A DNA stretch of 64,000 bases from Escherichia coli. Its GTDB lineage: Bacteria; Pseudomonadota; Gammaproteobacteria; Enterobacterales; Enterobacteriaceae. Shown piece after piece: positions 39,464 to 57,554 of the stretch; within the stretch, counting starts at the first letter, position 1, and each line of letters opens with the position of its first letter. Under the pieces are notes generated by a model. That model saw only the letters and a program-made list of their open reading frames with translations, was not told the DNA's origin and did not search any database. The stretch lies in assembly GCF_003334815.1 (NCBI RefSeq), contig NZ_QOWO01000024.1. The stretch is one strand, 5' to 3'. The translations under genes and the position numbers were made by a program.

Positions 39464-42400
39464 ATGCGGATTATCTTTCTACGCAAGGAGTATTTATCTT
39501 TACTCCCGTCAATGATTGCATCTCTTTTCTCTGCTAACGGTGTCGCGGCGGTCACTGATTCATGCCAGGGATATGATGTCAAAGCGAGTTGTCAGGCCAG
39601 CAGGCAAAGCCTTTCAGGCATTACGCAGGACTGGAGTATCGCTGATGGGCAATGGCTGGTTTTTTCGGATATGACCAATAACGCCAGCGGTGGGGCCGTA
39701 TTTTTGCAACAAGGAGCGGAATTTTCACTATTACCAGAAAATGAAACTGGAATGACTCTGTTTGCCAATAACACCGTTACAGGAGAATATAATAACGGCG
39801 GGGCCATATTTGCTAAAGAAAACTCAACGCTGAATCTTACTGATGTTATTTTTTCCGGTAACGTCGCAGGCGGCTATGGTGGCGCAATCTATTCTTCTGG
39901 TACTAACGATACTGGTGCCGTCGATTTACGTGTCACTAACGCCATGTTTCGCAATAACATCGCTAATGATGGCAAAGGTGGCGCAATTTATACCATTAAT
40001 AATGACGTTTATTTAAGTGATGTTATTTTTGATAACAACCAGGCATATACATCAACAAGTTACAGTGATGGCGATGGCGGGGCAATCGATGTTACCGATA
40101 ATAATAGCGACAGCAAGCATCCTTCAGGTTATACGATAGTAAATAACACTGCCTTTACAAATAACACTGCCGAAGGTTATGGCGGGGCGATATATACCAA
40201 TAGCGTGACGGCTCCCTATCTTATTGATATTTCTGTTGATGACAGCTACAGCCAGAACGGAGGCGTGTTAGTCGATGAGAACAATAGCGCAGCAGGCTAT
40301 GGAGATGGTCCTTCCTCTGCGGCGGGTGGCTTTATGTATCTCGGCTTAAGTGAAGTTACCTTTGATATTGCCGACGGAAAAACGCTGGTTATTGGCAATA
40401 CAGAGAATGACGGAGCTGTTGACTCTATTGCTGGTACCGGGTTAATCACCAAAACAGGTTCCGGCGATCTGGTACTTAATGCAGATAACAATGACTTTAC
40501 TGGTGAGATGCAGATTGAAAACGGTGAAGTTACCCTGGGCCGCAGCAACTCCCTGATGAATGTCGGCGATACGCATTGCCAGGACGATCCGCAAGACTGC
40601 TACGGTCTGACGATAGGGAGTATTGATCAGTATCAGAATCAGGCTGAGCTAAACGTTGGCTCGACCCAACAAACTTTTGTGCACGCATTGACGGGCTTTC
40701 AGAATGGCACTTTAAATATCGATGCTGGTGGCAACGTTACTGTTAATCAGGGCAGTTTTGCTGGCATCATCGAAGGTGCTGGTCAGCTCACCATTGCGCA
40801 AAACGGCAGCTACGTGCTGGCAGGGGCGCAGTCGATGGCGCTAACCGGCGATATAGTCGTTGATGATGGTGCGGTGCTTTCGCTGGAAGGCGACGCGGCA
40901 GATCTTACCGCTCTCCAGGACGATCCGCAGTCGATCGTGTTAAACGGCGGTGTGCTCGATCTCTCTGATTTCTCCACCTGGCAGAGCGGCACATCATACA
41001 ACGATGGCCTTGAAGTCAGTGGCAGCAGCGGAACGGTTATCGGCAGTCAGGATGTGGTAGATCTTGCAGGTGGCGACAATTTGCATATCGGCGGCGACGG
41101 GAAAGATGGCGTCTACGTGGTGGTCGATGCGAGCGACGGGCAGGTAAGTCTGGCAAACAATAATAGTTATTTGGGCACAACACAAATCGCCTCCGGTACG
41201 CTGATGGTGAGCGACAACTCGCAGCTTGGAGATACCCACTATAACCGCCAGGTTATCTTTACCGATAAGCAACAAGAAAGCGTGATGGAGATTACCTCCG
41301 ACGTTGACACGCGTTCAGATGCGGCAGGCCACGGACGTGATATTGAAATGCGCGCCGACGGTGAAGTGGCAGTTGATGCGGGGGTAGACACGCAGTGGGG
41401 CGCACTGATGGCTGACAGCAGCGGGCAGCATCAGGATGAGGGTAGCACATTGACTAAAACGGGGGCTGGTACACTGGAGCTGACCGCCAGCGGTACAACG
41501 CAGTCGGCGGTACGTGTCGAAGAAGGCACCCTGAAAGGTGATGTTGCTGATATCCTTCCTTATGCTTCGTCACTGTGGGTTGGTGATGGGGCAACGTTCG
41601 TTACTGGCGCGGATCAGGATATTCAGTCAATTGATGCTATTTCCAGCGGCACTATCGACATCAGCGATGGTACGGTTTTGCGCCTGACCGGGCAGGATAC
41701 TTCCGTCGCCCTTAATGCCTCACTATTTAACGGCGATGGGACGCTGGTGAATGCCACCGATGGTGTGACGTTGACAGGTGAGCTTAATACCAACCTTGAA
41801 ACTGACAGCCTGACTTATCTTTCCAACGTGACGGTTAATGGCAATCTGACCAATACGTCCGGTGCGGTTAGCCTGCAAAATGGCGTCGCTGGCGATACGC
41901 TGACGGTAAACGGTGATTATACCGGCGGCGGTACGCTACTGCTCGATAGCGAATTAAACGGCGATGACTCGGTAAGCGATCAATTGGTGATGAACGGTAA
42001 TACTGCTGGCAACACAACTGTGGTGGTTAACTCCATTACAGGGATTGGTGAGCCGACATCGACAGGCATTAAAGTGGTTGATTTCGCAGCTGATCCCACG
42101 CAGTTTCAAAACAATGCGCAGTTCAGTCTGGCAGGCAGCGGCTACGTCAATATGGGAGCGTATGACTACACGCTGGTGGAAGATAACAACGACTGGTATC
42201 TGCGATCGCAAGAAGTAACGCCGCCATCGCCACCTGATCCAGACCCGACTCCCGATCCTGATCCCACGCCGGATCCTGATCCAACACCCGACCCGGAACC
42301 TACGCCTGCTTACCAGCCGGTGTTGAATGCCAAAGTTGGCGGTTATCTCAATAACCTGCGGGCGGCAAATCAGGCGTTTATGATGGAGCGACGCGATCAC

Positions 42401-43216
42401 GCAGGTGGCGATGGTCAGACGCTGAATTTACGTGTTATCGGCGGAGATTATCATTACACAGCAGCGGGGCAACTGGCTCAACATGAAGACACTTCTACGG
42501 TGCAACTTAGCGGCGATCTGTTTAGCGGGCGCTGGGGCACGGATGGCGAGTGGATGCTTGGGATTGTTGGTGGCTACAGCGATAACCAGGGCGACAGCCG
42601 CTCGAATATGACCGGAACTCGCGCCGATAACCAGAACCACGGTTATGCCGTTGGGCTGACATCAAGCTGGTTTCAGCACGGTAATCAGAAGCAAGGGGCC
42701 TGGCTGGATAGCTGGCTGCAATACGCGTGGTTTAGCAATGATGTTTCCGAACAAGAAGATGGCACAGATCATTACCACTCGTCGGGGATTATCGCCTCGC
42801 TGGAGGCGGGGTATCAGTGGTTACCGGGGCGTGGTGTGGTGATTGAACCGCAGGCGCAGGTGATTTATCAGGGCGTGCAGCAGGATGATTTTACCGCCGC
42901 TAACCGTGCGCGCGTGTCACAATCGCAGGGTGATGATATTCAGACGCGGCTGGGTTTACACAGCGAATGGCGTACCGCTGTTCATGTCATACCAACATTA
43001 GATCTGAATTATTATCACGATCCCCATTCGACGGAAATTGAAGAGGATGGCAGCACTATCAGTGACGATGCGGTGAAGCAACGGGGTGAAATAAAAGTGG
43101 GAGTCACGGGCAATATCAGTCAGCGAGTGTCCCTGCGCGGCAGCGTGGCGTGGCAGAAAGGGAGTGATGATTTTGCCCAGACGGCAGGGTTTTTGTCGAT
43201 GACGGTGAAATGGTAA
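39464..43216 (+). CDS. yfaL: Autotransporter (type Va) adhesin-like protein YfaL
   Basis: 1250-aa ORF; signal peptide; passenger with repeated GGA[IV] motifs typical of beta-helical passengers; PDPT-repeat linker; C-terminal beta-barrel ending MTVKW. Confidence 0.85.
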   Translation: MRIIFLRKEYLSLLPSMIASLFSANGVAAVTDSCQGYDVKASCQASRQSLSGITQDWSIADGQWLVFSDMTNNASGGAVFLQQGAEFSLLPENETGMTLFANNTVTGEYNNGGAIFAKENSTLNLTDVIFSGNVAGGYGGAIYSSGTNDTGAVDLRVTNAMFRNNIANDGKGGAIYTINNDVYLSDVIFDNNQAYTSTSYSDGDGGAIDVTDNNSDSKHPSGYTIVNNTAFTNNTAEGYGGAIYTNSVTAPYLIDISVDDSYSQNGGVLVDENNSAAGYGDGPSSAAGGFMYLGLSEVTFDIADGKTLVIGNTENDGAVDSIAGTGLITKTGSGDLVLNADNNDFTGEMQIENGEVTLGRSNSLMNVGDTHCQDDPQDCYGLTIGSIDQYQNQAELNVGSTQQTFVHALTGFQNGTLNIDAGGNVTVNQGSFAGIIEGAGQLTIAQNGSYVLAGAQSMALTGDIVVDDGAVLSLEGDAADLTALQDDPQSIVLNGGVLDLSDFSTWQSGTSYNDGLEVSGSSGTVIGSQDVVDLAGGDNLHIGGDGKDGVYVVVDASDGQVSLANNNSYLGTTQIASGTLMVSDNSQLGDTHYNRQVIFTDKQQESVMEITSDVDTRSDAAGHGRDIEMRADGEVAVDAGVDTQWGALMADSSGQHQDEGSTLTKTGAGTLELTASGTTQSAVRVEEGTLKGDVADILPYASSLWVGDGATFVTGADQDIQSIDAISSGTIDISDGTVLRLTGQDTSVALNASLFNGDGTLVNATDGVTLTGELNTNLETDSLTYLSNVTVNGNLTNTSGAVSLQNGVAGDTLTVNGDYTGGGTLLLDSELNGDDSVSDQLVMNGNTAGNTTVVVNSITGIGEPTSTGIKVVDFAADPTQFQNNAQFSLAGSGYVNMGAYDYTLVEDNNDWYLRSQEVTPPSPPDPDPTPDPDPTPDPDPTPDPEPTPAYQPVLNAKVGGYLNNLRAANQAFMMERRDHAGGDGQTLNLRVIGGDYHYTAAGQLAQHEDTSTVQLSGDLFSGRWGTDGEWMLGIVGGYSDNQGDSRSNMTGTRADNQNHGYAVGLTSSWFQHGNQKQGAWLDSWLQYAWFSNDVSEQEDGTDHYHSSGIIASLEAGYQWLPGRGVVIEPQAQVIYQGVQQDDFTAANRARVSQSQGDDIQTRLGLHSEWRTAVHVIPTLDLNYYHDPHSTEIEEDGSTISDDAVKQRGEIKVGVTGNISQRVSLRGSVAWQKGSDDFAQTAGFLSMTVKW
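42221..42307 (+). repeat. In-frame 18-bp tandem repeat encoding (PDPDPT)n linker inside yfaL
   Basis: ccngatccngacccnacn units repeated about 3.5 times, encoding PPSPPDPDPTPDPDPTPDPDPTPDPEPTP between passenger and beta-barrel. Confidence 0.8.
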
Positions 43217-43238
43217 TCACTGTCTAGTCGGCACGGTT

Positions 43239-43320
<82 letters not shown>

Positions 43321-43343
43321 ATTGGCGCGGCCAAACATCAACC

Positions 43344-44066
43344 TCACTTATTCTGCGTGTGCAGCATATAGTTCACATCCACGCCGGGGCCGAGTTTAAA
43401 AGTATTAGTGATCGGGTTGTAATGCAGCCCAGTGATATGCCGCTCTTTTAAACTGGTCTGATCCACCCAGCCCAGCAATTCTGCCGGTTTAATAAACTTC
43501 TTCACATCATGCGTGCCTTTGGGCACCATGCGCAAAATATATTCCGCACCAACCACCGCCATCAGCCATGACTTGCCGTTGCGGTTAAGTGTCGAGAAAA
43601 AGACATCGCCGCCTGGTTTCACCAGTTGCGCACAGGCTCTGACCACTGACTGCGGATCGGGGACGTGCTCCAGCATCTCCATGCAGGTCACCACATCATA
43701 CTGCCCGGCATGTTTTGCCGCGTGCTCTTCCACGGTTTCCTGCACGTAATCCACCTGAATGCCGCTTTCCAGTGCGTGCAGTTTTGCCACCTGCAATGGC
43801 TCAAAGCCCATATCCAGACCGGTCACCGTCGCGCCTTCGCGCGCCATACTCTCGGCCAGAATGCCGCCGCCACAACCGACATCGAGCACCTTTTTGCCAA
43901 ATAAACCGCCAGCACGCTCGGCAATATAGCCCAGACGCAGCGGGTTAATGCGGTGCAGCGGTTTGAACTCACCTTCCAGATCCCACCAGCGGGAGGCGAC
44001 GGCTTCAAATTTAGCGATCTCTTCGTGGTCTACGTTATGGTTTACCGGCGATTTTTCGGCATTCAT
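43344..44066 (-). CDS. ubiG: Ubiquinone biosynthesis O-methyltransferase UbiG
   Basis: ORF-track frame trimmed to [11 protein letters not shown] (240 aa); SAM-binding motif [13 protein letters not shown]. Confidence 0.9.
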
Positions 44067-44212
44067 TGGCACTTCTACTCCGTAATTGGCAAGACAAACG
44101 AGTATATCAGGCATTGGATGTGAATAAAGCGTATAGGTTTACCTCAAACTGCGCGGCTGTGTTATAATTTGCGACCTTTGAATCCGGGATACAGTAGAGG
44201 GATAGCGGTTAG

Positions 44213-46840
44213 ATGAGCGACCTTGCGAGAGAAATTACACCGGTCAACATTGAGGAAGAGCTGAAGAGCTCCTATCTGGATTATGCGATGTCGGTCATTG
44301 TTGGCCGTGCGCTGCCAGATGTCCGAGATGGCCTGAAGCCGGTACACCGTCGCGTACTTTACGCCATGAACGTACTAGGCAATGACTGGAACAAAGCCTA
44401 TAAAAAATCTGCCCGTGTCGTTGGTGACGTAATCGGTAAATACCATCCCCATGGTGACTCGGCGGTCTATGACACGATCGTCCGCATGGCGCAGCCATTC
44501 TCGCTGCGTTATATGCTGGTAGACGGTCAGGGTAACTTCGGTTCTATCGACGGCGACTCTGCGGCGGCAATGCGTTATACGGAAATCCGTCTGGCGAAAA
44601 TTGCCCATGAACTGATGGCCGATCTCGAAAAAGAGACGGTCGATTTCGTTGATAACTATGACGGCACGGAAAAAATTCCGGACGTCATGCCAACCAAAAT
44701 TCCTAACCTGCTGGTGAACGGTTCTTCCGGTATCGCCGTAGGTATGGCAACCAACATCCCGCCGCACAACCTGACGGAAGTCATCAACGGTTGTCTGGCG
44801 TATATTGATGATGAAGACATCAGCATTGAAGGGCTGATGGAACACATCCCGGGGCCGGACTTCCCGACGGCGGCAATCATTAACGGTCGTCGCGGTATTG
44901 AAGAAGCTTACCGTACCGGTCGCGGCAAGGTGTATATCCGCGCTCGCGCAGAAGTGGAAGTTGACGCCAAAACCGGTCGTGAAACCATTATCGTCCACGA
45001 AATTCCGTATCAGGTAAACAAAGCGCGCCTGATCGAGAAGATTGCGGAACTGGTAAAAGAAAAACGCGTGGAAGGCATCAGCGCGCTGCGTGACGAGTCT
45101 GACAAAGACGGTATGCGCATCGTGATTGAAGTGAAACGCGATGCGGTCGGTGAAGTTGTGCTCAACAACCTCTACTCCCAGACCCAGTTGCAGGTTTCTT
45201 TCGGTATCAACATGGTGGCATTGCACCATGGTCAGCCGAAGATCATGAACCTGAAAGACATCATCGCGGCGTTTGTTCGTCACCGCCGTGAAGTGGTGAC
45301 CCGTCGTACTATTTTCGAACTGCGTAAAGCTCGCGATCGTGCTCATATCCTTGAAGCATTAGCCGTGGCGCTGGCGAACATCGACCCGATCATCGAACTG
45401 ATCCGTCATGCGCCGACGCCTGCAGAAGCGAAAACTGCGCTGGTTGCTAATCCGTGGCAGCTGGGCAACGTTGCCGCGATGCTCGAACGTGCTGGCGACG
45501 ATGCTGCGCGTCCGGAATGGCTGGAGCCAGAGTTCGGCGTGCGTGATGGTCTGTACTACCTGACCGAACAGCAAGCTCAGGCGATTCTGGATCTGCGTTT
45601 GCAGAAACTGACCGGTCTTGAGCACGAAAAACTGCTCGACGAATACAAAGAGCTGCTGGATCAGATCGCGGAACTGTTGCGTATTCTTGGTAGCGCCGAT
45701 CGTCTGATGGAAGTGATCCGTGAAGAGCTGGAGCTGGTTCGTGAACAGTTCGGTGACAAACGTCGTACTGAAATCACCGCCAACAGCGCAGACATCAACC
45801 TGGAAGATCTGATCACCCAGGAAGATGTGGTCTTGACGCTCTCTCACCAGGGCTACGTTAAGTATCAGCCGCTTTCTGAATACGAAGCGCAGCGTCGTGG
45901 CGGGAAAGGTAAATCTGCCGCACGTATTAAAGAAGAAGACTTTATCGACCGACTGCTGGTGGCGAACACTCACGACCATATTCTGTGCTTCTCCAGCCGT
46001 GGTCGCGTCTATTCGATGAAAGTTTATCAGTTGCCGGAAGCCACTCGTGGCGCGCGCGGTCGTCCGATCGTCAACCTGCTGCCGCTGGAGCAGGACGAAC
46101 GTATCACTGCGATCCTGCCAGTGACCGAGTTTGAAGAAGGCGTGAAAGTCTTCATGGCGACCGCTAACGGTACCGTGAAGAAAACTGTCCTCACCGAGTT
46201 CAACCGTCTGCGTACCGCCGGTAAAGTGGCGATCAAACTGGTTGACGGCGATGAGCTGATCGGCGTTGACCTGACCAGCGGCGAAGACGAAGTAATGCTG
46301 TTCTCCGCTGAAGGTAAAGTGGTGCGCTTTAAAGAGTCTTCTGTCCGTGCGATGGGCTGCAACACCACCGGTGTTCGCGGTATTCGCTTAGGTGAAGGCG
46401 ATAAAGTCGTCTCTCTGATCGTGCCTCGTGGCGATGGCGCAATCCTCACCGCAACGCAAAACGGTTACGGTAAACGTACCGCAGTGGCGGAATACCCAAC
46501 CAAGTCGCGTGCGACGAAAGGGGTTATCTCCATCAAGGTTACCGAACGTAACGGTTTAGTTGTTGGCGCGGTACAGGTAGATGACTGCGACCAGATCATG
46601 ATGATCACCGATGCCGGTACGCTGGTACGTACTCGCGTTTCGGAAATCAGCATCGTGGGCCGTAACACCCAGGGCGTGATCCTCATCCGTACTGCGGAAG
46701 ATGAAAACGTAGTGGGTCTGCAACGTGTTGCTGAACCGGTTGACGAGGAAGATCTGGATACCATCGACGGCAGTGCCGCGGAAGGGGACGATGAAATCGC
46801 TCCGGAAGTGGACGTTGACGACGAGCCAGAAGAAGAATAA
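44213..46840 (+). CDS. gyrA: DNA gyrase subunit A
   Basis: 875-aa ORF; N-terminal [28 protein letters not shown], active-site region [22 protein letters not shown], acidic C-terminal tail. Confidence 0.97.
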   Translation: MSDLAREITPVNIEEELKSSYLDYAMSVIVGRALPDVRDGLKPVHRRVLYAMNVLGNDWNKAYKKSARVVGDVIGKYHPHGDSAVYDTIVRMAQPFSLRYMLVDGQGNFGSIDGDSAAAMRYTEIRLAKIAHELMADLEKETVDFVDNYDGTEKIPDVMPTKIPNLLVNGSSGIAVGMATNIPPHNLTEVINGCLAYIDDEDISIEGLMEHIPGPDFPTAAIINGRRGIEEAYRTGRGKVYIRARAEVEVDAKTGRETIIVHEIPYQVNKARLIEKIAELVKEKRVEGISALRDESDKDGMRIVIEVKRDAVGEVVLNNLYSQTQLQVSFGINMVALHHGQPKIMNLKDIIAAFVRHRREVVTRRTIFELRKARDRAHILEALAVALANIDPIIELIRHAPTPAEAKTALVANPWQLGNVAAMLERAGDDAARPEWLEPEFGVRDGLYYLTEQQAQAILDLRLQKLTGLEHEKLLDEYKELLDQIAELLRILGSADRLMEVIREELELVREQFGDKRRTEITANSADINLEDLITQEDVVLTLSHQGYVKYQPLSEYEAQRRGGKGKSAARIKEEDFIDRLLVANTHDHILCFSSRGRVYSMKVYQLPEATRGARGRPIVNLLPLEQDERITAILPVTEFEEGVKVFMATANGTVKKTVLTEFNRLRTAGKVAIKLVDGDELIGVDLTSGEDEVMLFSAEGKVVRFKESSVRAMGCNTTGVRGIRLGEGDKVVSLIVPRGDGAILTATQNGYGKRTAVAEYPTKSRATKGVISIKVTERNGLVVGAVQVDDCDQIMMITDAGTLVRTRVSEISIVGRNTQGVILIRTAEDENVVGLQRVAEPVDEEDLDTIDGSAAEGDDEIAPEVDVDDEPEEE

Positions 46841-46859
46841 TTTTACTTCTTCATGCCAA

Positions 46860-46882
46860 AAGGGAGCTATCTCCCTTGTTTG
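46860..46882 (+). terminator. Hairpin terminator candidate downstream of gyrA
   Basis: aagggag-ctat-ctccctt followed by gtttg, 20 nt after gyrA stop. Confidence 0.45.
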
Positions 46883-46988
46883 AATTGAAAAGTCCAGGCT
46901 GCAAAGTCTGGGCTTTTGTCGTATTAGGGCACGGTAAAGTTTGGCTGTGCCCGTAAAAAATGGCTGGCTATACACAAGGAATGTGGCA

Positions 46989-53835
<6,847 letters not shown>

Positions 53836-55485
53836 GTGAACTGGCGCAGAATCGTCTGGCTATTGGCGTTGGTTACTCTGCCAACACTTGCGGAGGAGAC
53901 GCCGTTACAACTGGTGCTGCGCGGTGCGCAGCACGATCAACTGTATCAGCTGTCGTCATCAGGCGTGACCAAAGTCTCAGCATTACCTGACTCGCTCACC
54001 ACGCCGTTAGGGAGTTTGTGGAAACTGTATGTTTACGCCTGGCTGGAGGATACCCATCAACCGGAGCAGCCCTACCAGTGTCGCGGAAACTCCCCGGAAG
54101 AGGTTTATTGTTGTCAGGCTGGGGAGAGCATAACGCGCGATACCGCGCTGGTACGTTCCTGTGGGCTCTATTTTGCGCCGCAGCGGTTGCATATTGGCGC
54201 AGATGTGTGGGGGCAATACTGGCAACAGCGTCAGGCACCTGCGTGGTTAGCGTCTCTGACTACGCTGAAGCCAGAAACCTCGGTAACGGTTAAATCGCTG
54301 CTTGATTCATTAGCGACGTTACCCGCGCAAAACAAAGCTCAGGAAGTCTTACTGGATGTGGTGCTGGACGAGGCGAAAATCGGTGTCGCATCCATGCTCG
54401 GTAGTCGGGTACGGGTGAAAACCTGGAGCTGGTTTGCCGATGATAAACAGGAAATCCGTCAGGGTGGTTTTGCTGGCTGGTTAACCGATGGTACACCGCT
54501 GTGGGTTACTGGCAGTGGCACCAGCAAAACGGTACTAACCCGTTATGCGACGGTGCTTAATCGGGTTTTGCCAGTGCCGACGCAGGTTGCCAGTGGGCAA
54601 TGTGTAGAGGTGGAGCTGTTTGCCCGCTATCCGCTGAAGAAAATCACAGCGGAAAAGAGTACGACGGCAGTAAATCCCGGCGTACTTAATGGGCGCTATC
54701 GTGTGACGTTTACTAATGGTAACCACATTACGTTTGTCAGCCACGGTGAGACGACCTTACTGAGCGAAAAGGGCAAACTGAAATTGCAGTCGCATCTCGA
54801 TCGTGAAGAGTACGTTGCCAGAGTTCTGGATCGCGAGGCGAAAAGTACGCCCCCTGAGGCAGCGAAAGCCATGACCGTGGCGATTCGCACTTTTTTACAG
54901 CAAAACGCCAATCGGGAAGGCGATTGCCTGACCATCCCCGACAGCAGCGCCACGCAGCGTGTTTCTGCTTCGCCAGCGACCACGGGGGCGCGAACGATGA
55001 CCGCCTGGACGCAGGATCTCATCTATGCAGGCGATCCGGTTCATTATCATGGCAGTCGCGCTACCGAAGGGACACTTTTCTGGCGGCAAGCCACGGCCCA
55101 GGCGGGGCAGGGAGAGCGTTACGATCAGATACTCGCGTTTGCTTATCCCGACAACAGTCTTAGCCGCTGGGGAGCGCCACGCTCAACCTGCCAGTTATTA
55201 CCCAAAGCGAAAGCCTGGCTGGCGAAAAAAATGCCGCAGTGGCGGCGTATATTACAAGCTGAGACGGGGTACAACGAACCAGACGTGTTTGCGGTTTGCC
55301 GTTTAGTCTCAGGTTTCCCCTATACCGATCGGCAGCAGAAACGGCTGTTTATTCGTAACTTCTTTACGCTTCAGGATCGGCTGGATTTAACCCATGAGTA
55401 TCTGCACCTGGCCTTTGATGGTTATCCCACCGGGCTTGATGAGAACTATATCGAAACGCTGACCCGACAATTATTAATGGACTAA
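53836..55485 (+). CDS. yfaQ: YfaQ-family exported protein of unknown function (C-terminal HExxH motif)
   Basis: 549-aa ORF starting at GTG immediately after yfaS stop; signal peptide MNWRRIVWLLALVTLPTLA; HEYLH at residues 520-524. Confidence 0.75.
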   Translation: MNWRRIVWLLALVTLPTLAEETPLQLVLRGAQHDQLYQLSSSGVTKVSALPDSLTTPLGSLWKLYVYAWLEDTHQPEQPYQCRGNSPEEVYCCQAGESITRDTALVRSCGLYFAPQRLHIGADVWGQYWQQRQAPAWLASLTTLKPETSVTVKSLLDSLATLPAQNKAQEVLLDVVLDEAKIGVASMLGSRVRVKTWSWFADDKQEIRQGGFAGWLTDGTPLWVTGSGTSKTVLTRYATVLNRVLPVPTQVASGQCVEVELFARYPLKKITAEKSTTAVNPGVLNGRYRVTFTNGNHITFVSHGETTLLSEKGKLKLQSHLDREEYVARVLDREAKSTPPEAAKAMTVAIRTFLQQNANREGDCLTIPDSSATQRVSASPATTGARTMTAWTQDLIYAGDPVHYHGSRATEGTLFWRQATAQAGQGERYDQILAFAYPDNSLSRWGAPRSTCQLLPKAKAWLAKKMPQWRRILQAETGYNEPDVFAVCRLVSGFPYTDRQQKRLFIRNFFTLQDRLDLTHEYLHLAFDGYPTGLDENYIETLTRQLLMD

Positions 55486-55489
55486 TGCT

Positions 55490-56266
55490 ATGCGAAAGAT
55501 TTTTCTTCCGTTGTTACTGGTGGCGCTTTCGCCTGTCGCTCACAGTGAAGGTGTGCAGGAAGTCGAGATTGATGCACCGCTCTCAGGCTGGCATCCGGCA
55601 GAGGGCGAAGATGCCAGTTTTTCACAATCGATCAATTACCCGGCGTCGTCCGTCAACATGGCAGATGATCAAAATATCTCAGCGCAGATCCGCGGCAAAA
55701 TAAAGAATTATGCTGCGGCGGGTAAAGTTCAGCAGGGCCGGCTGGTGGTCAACGGTGCCAGTATGCCGCAGAGAATTGAATCCGATGGTTCATTTGCACG
55801 CCCTTATATTTTCACTGAAGGCAGCAACAGCGTGCAGGTCATCAGCCCGGATGGGCAAAGCCGACAAAAAATGCAGTTTTACTCAACGCCGGGTACAGGA
55901 ACGATTCGTGCACGTTTACGGCTGGTTCTCTCGTGGGATACGGACAATACCGACCTCGACCTTCACGTTGTTACGCCCGATGGCGAACACGCCTGGTACG
56001 GTAACACCGTGCTGAAAAACAGTGGTGCACTGGATATGGATGTCACGACGGGGTACGGACCCGAGATTTTCGCCATGCCCGCGCCAATTCACGGGCGCTA
56101 TCAGGTGTATATCAACTACTATGGTGGGCGCAGCGAAACGGAATTAACCACCGCCCAACTGACGCTGATCACCGATGAAGGATCGGTCAATGAGAAACAG
56201 GAAACATTTATTGTACCGATGCGTAATGCTGGCGAGCTGACGCTGGTGAAAAGTTTTGACTGGTGA
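55490..56266 (+). CDS. yfaP: YfaP-family exported protein of unknown function
   Basis: 258-aa ORF 4 nt after yfaQ stop; signal peptide MRKIFLPLLLVALSPVAHS. Confidence 0.75.
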   Translation: MRKIFLPLLLVALSPVAHSEGVQEVEIDAPLSGWHPAEGEDASFSQSINYPASSVNMADDQNISAQIRGKIKNYAAAGKVQQGRLVVNGASMPQRIESDGSFARPYIFTEGSNSVQVISPDGQSRQKMQFYSTPGTGTIRARLRLVLSWDTDNTDLDLHVVTPDGEHAWYGNTVLKNSGALDMDVTTGYGPEIFAMPAPIHGRYQVYINYYGGRSETELTTAQLTLITDEGSVNEKQETFIVPMRNAGELTLVKSFDW

Positions 56267-56298
56267 TTAATGGGGTTACCTTCGCCGTCGATGTTCAA

Positions 56299-56335
56299 GA
56301 AAACACCCGATAACTTTCGCTATCGGGTGTTTTTA
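56299..56335. terminator. Bidirectional intrinsic terminator between convergent yfaP and atoB
   Basis: aaaa-ACACCCGATA-actttcgc-TATCGGGTGT-ttttt: 10-bp stem flanked by A-run and T-run. Confidence 0.7.
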
Positions 56336-56339
56336 TTGA

Positions 56340-57524
56340 TTAATTCAACCGTTCAATCACCATCGCAATTCCCTGACCGCCGCCAATGCACAGTGTTGCC
56401 AGCCCCAGCGTTTTATCGCGTGCCTGCATGGCATGTAATAGTGTGACCAGAATACGAGCACCACTGGCACCGATAGGATGCCCGAGCGCGATGGCCCCGC
56501 CGTTGACATTCACTTTCTCAGAATCAAAGCCCAGGTTTTTCCCAACGGCAAGGAACTGTGCAGCAAATGCTTCATTAGCCTCAATGAGATCAATATCCGC
56601 CAGTTGCAGCCCCGCCAGTTGTAACGCTTTTTGCGTGGCAGGTACTGGCCCCATACCCATCAATGCGGGGGGCACGCCACCGCTGGCATAACTTTTAATG
56701 CGAGCCAGGGGGGTAAGGCCTGCTGCCAGCGCCGCAGATTCTTCCATAATCACCAGAGCGGCAGCACCGTCGTTAATACCAGACGCGTTCCCAGCGGTGA
56801 CTGTTCCTGCTTTATCGAAGGCCGGGCGCAATGCACCTAACGCTTCAGCCGTTGAATTCGCTTTCGGGAATTCGTCTTGACTGAAGACGAAGGTTTTCTT
56901 TCGAGTGACAACATTTACCGGGACGATTTCGGCTGTAAAAGCACCGGACTCAATTGCGGCTGCCGCTTTACGCTGTGAATGTAGCGCCAGTTCATCCTGC
57001 ATTTCACGGGTAATTCCGTACTCTTTAGCCACGTTTTCGGCGGTAATCCCCATATGATAACCATGGGTGGCGCACATCAGGCCATCGCGCAGGATTACGT
57101 CATAAACCTGTCCGTCTCCAAGACGATAACCAGAGCGTGCTTTTGCATCGAGTAAGTAGGGGGCTAAACTCATATTTTCCATACCCCCCGCCACAATGCT
57201 CTGCGCCTGACCTGCCTGAATGGCCTGGGCGGCAAGCGCCACACTTTTAAGACCCGAACCACATACTTTATTGACCGTGAATCCGCACACCGTTTCTGCC
57301 AGCCCGCTTTTTAACAGTGCCTGACGCGCCGGATTTTGCCCCAGCCCGGCTTGTAACACGTTACCCATAATCACTTCATCAACGTGTTGTGAATCGATTT
57401 TTGCACGTTCAATGGCGGCTTTAATTACTGTCGCCCCCAGGTCGATGGCGCTGGTGGAAGCGAGTGAACCGTTAAAACTACCGATAGCAGTACGTACCGC
57501 ACTGACGATGACACAATTTTTCAT
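56340..57524 (-). CDS. atoB: Acetyl-CoA acetyltransferase (thiolase II) AtoB
   Basis: 394-aa ORF; thiolase motifs ([12 protein letters not shown]-terminal CIGGGQGIA). Confidence 0.9.
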   Translation of the reverse strand: MKNCVIVSAVRTAIGSFNGSLASTSAIDLGATVIKAAIERAKIDSQHVDEVIMGNVLQAGLGQNPARQALLKSGLAETVCGFTVNKVCGSGLKSVALAAQAIQAGQAQSIVAGGMENMSLAPYLLDAKARSGYRLGDGQVYDVILRDGLMCATHGYHMGITAENVAKEYGITREMQDELALHSQRKAAAAIESGAFTAEIVPVNVVTRKKTFVFSQDEFPKANSTAEALGALRPAFDKAGTVTAGNASGINDGAAALVIMEESAALAAGLTPLARIKSYASGGVPPALMGMGPVPATQKALQLAGLQLADIDLIEANEAFAAQFLAVGKNLGFDSEKVNVNGGAIALGHPIGASGARILVTLLHAMQARDKTLGLATLCIGGGQGIAMVIERLN

Positions 57525-57554
57525 TTTATATTCCTTCTGTTTGTAGGGGTGCCG

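Noticed and set aside
38990-43216. yfaL plus its AT-rich leader as a horizontally acquired island
   Set aside because: Flanking genes (nrdA, ubiG) are in conserved order, no integrase or tRNA or direct repeats, and REP elements typical of native chromosome flank the gene
44375-45346. 323-aa ORF antisense to gyrA, and similar frames at 45359-45979 and 46027-46449
   Set aside because: Antisense shadow ORFs inside an essential, highly conserved gene
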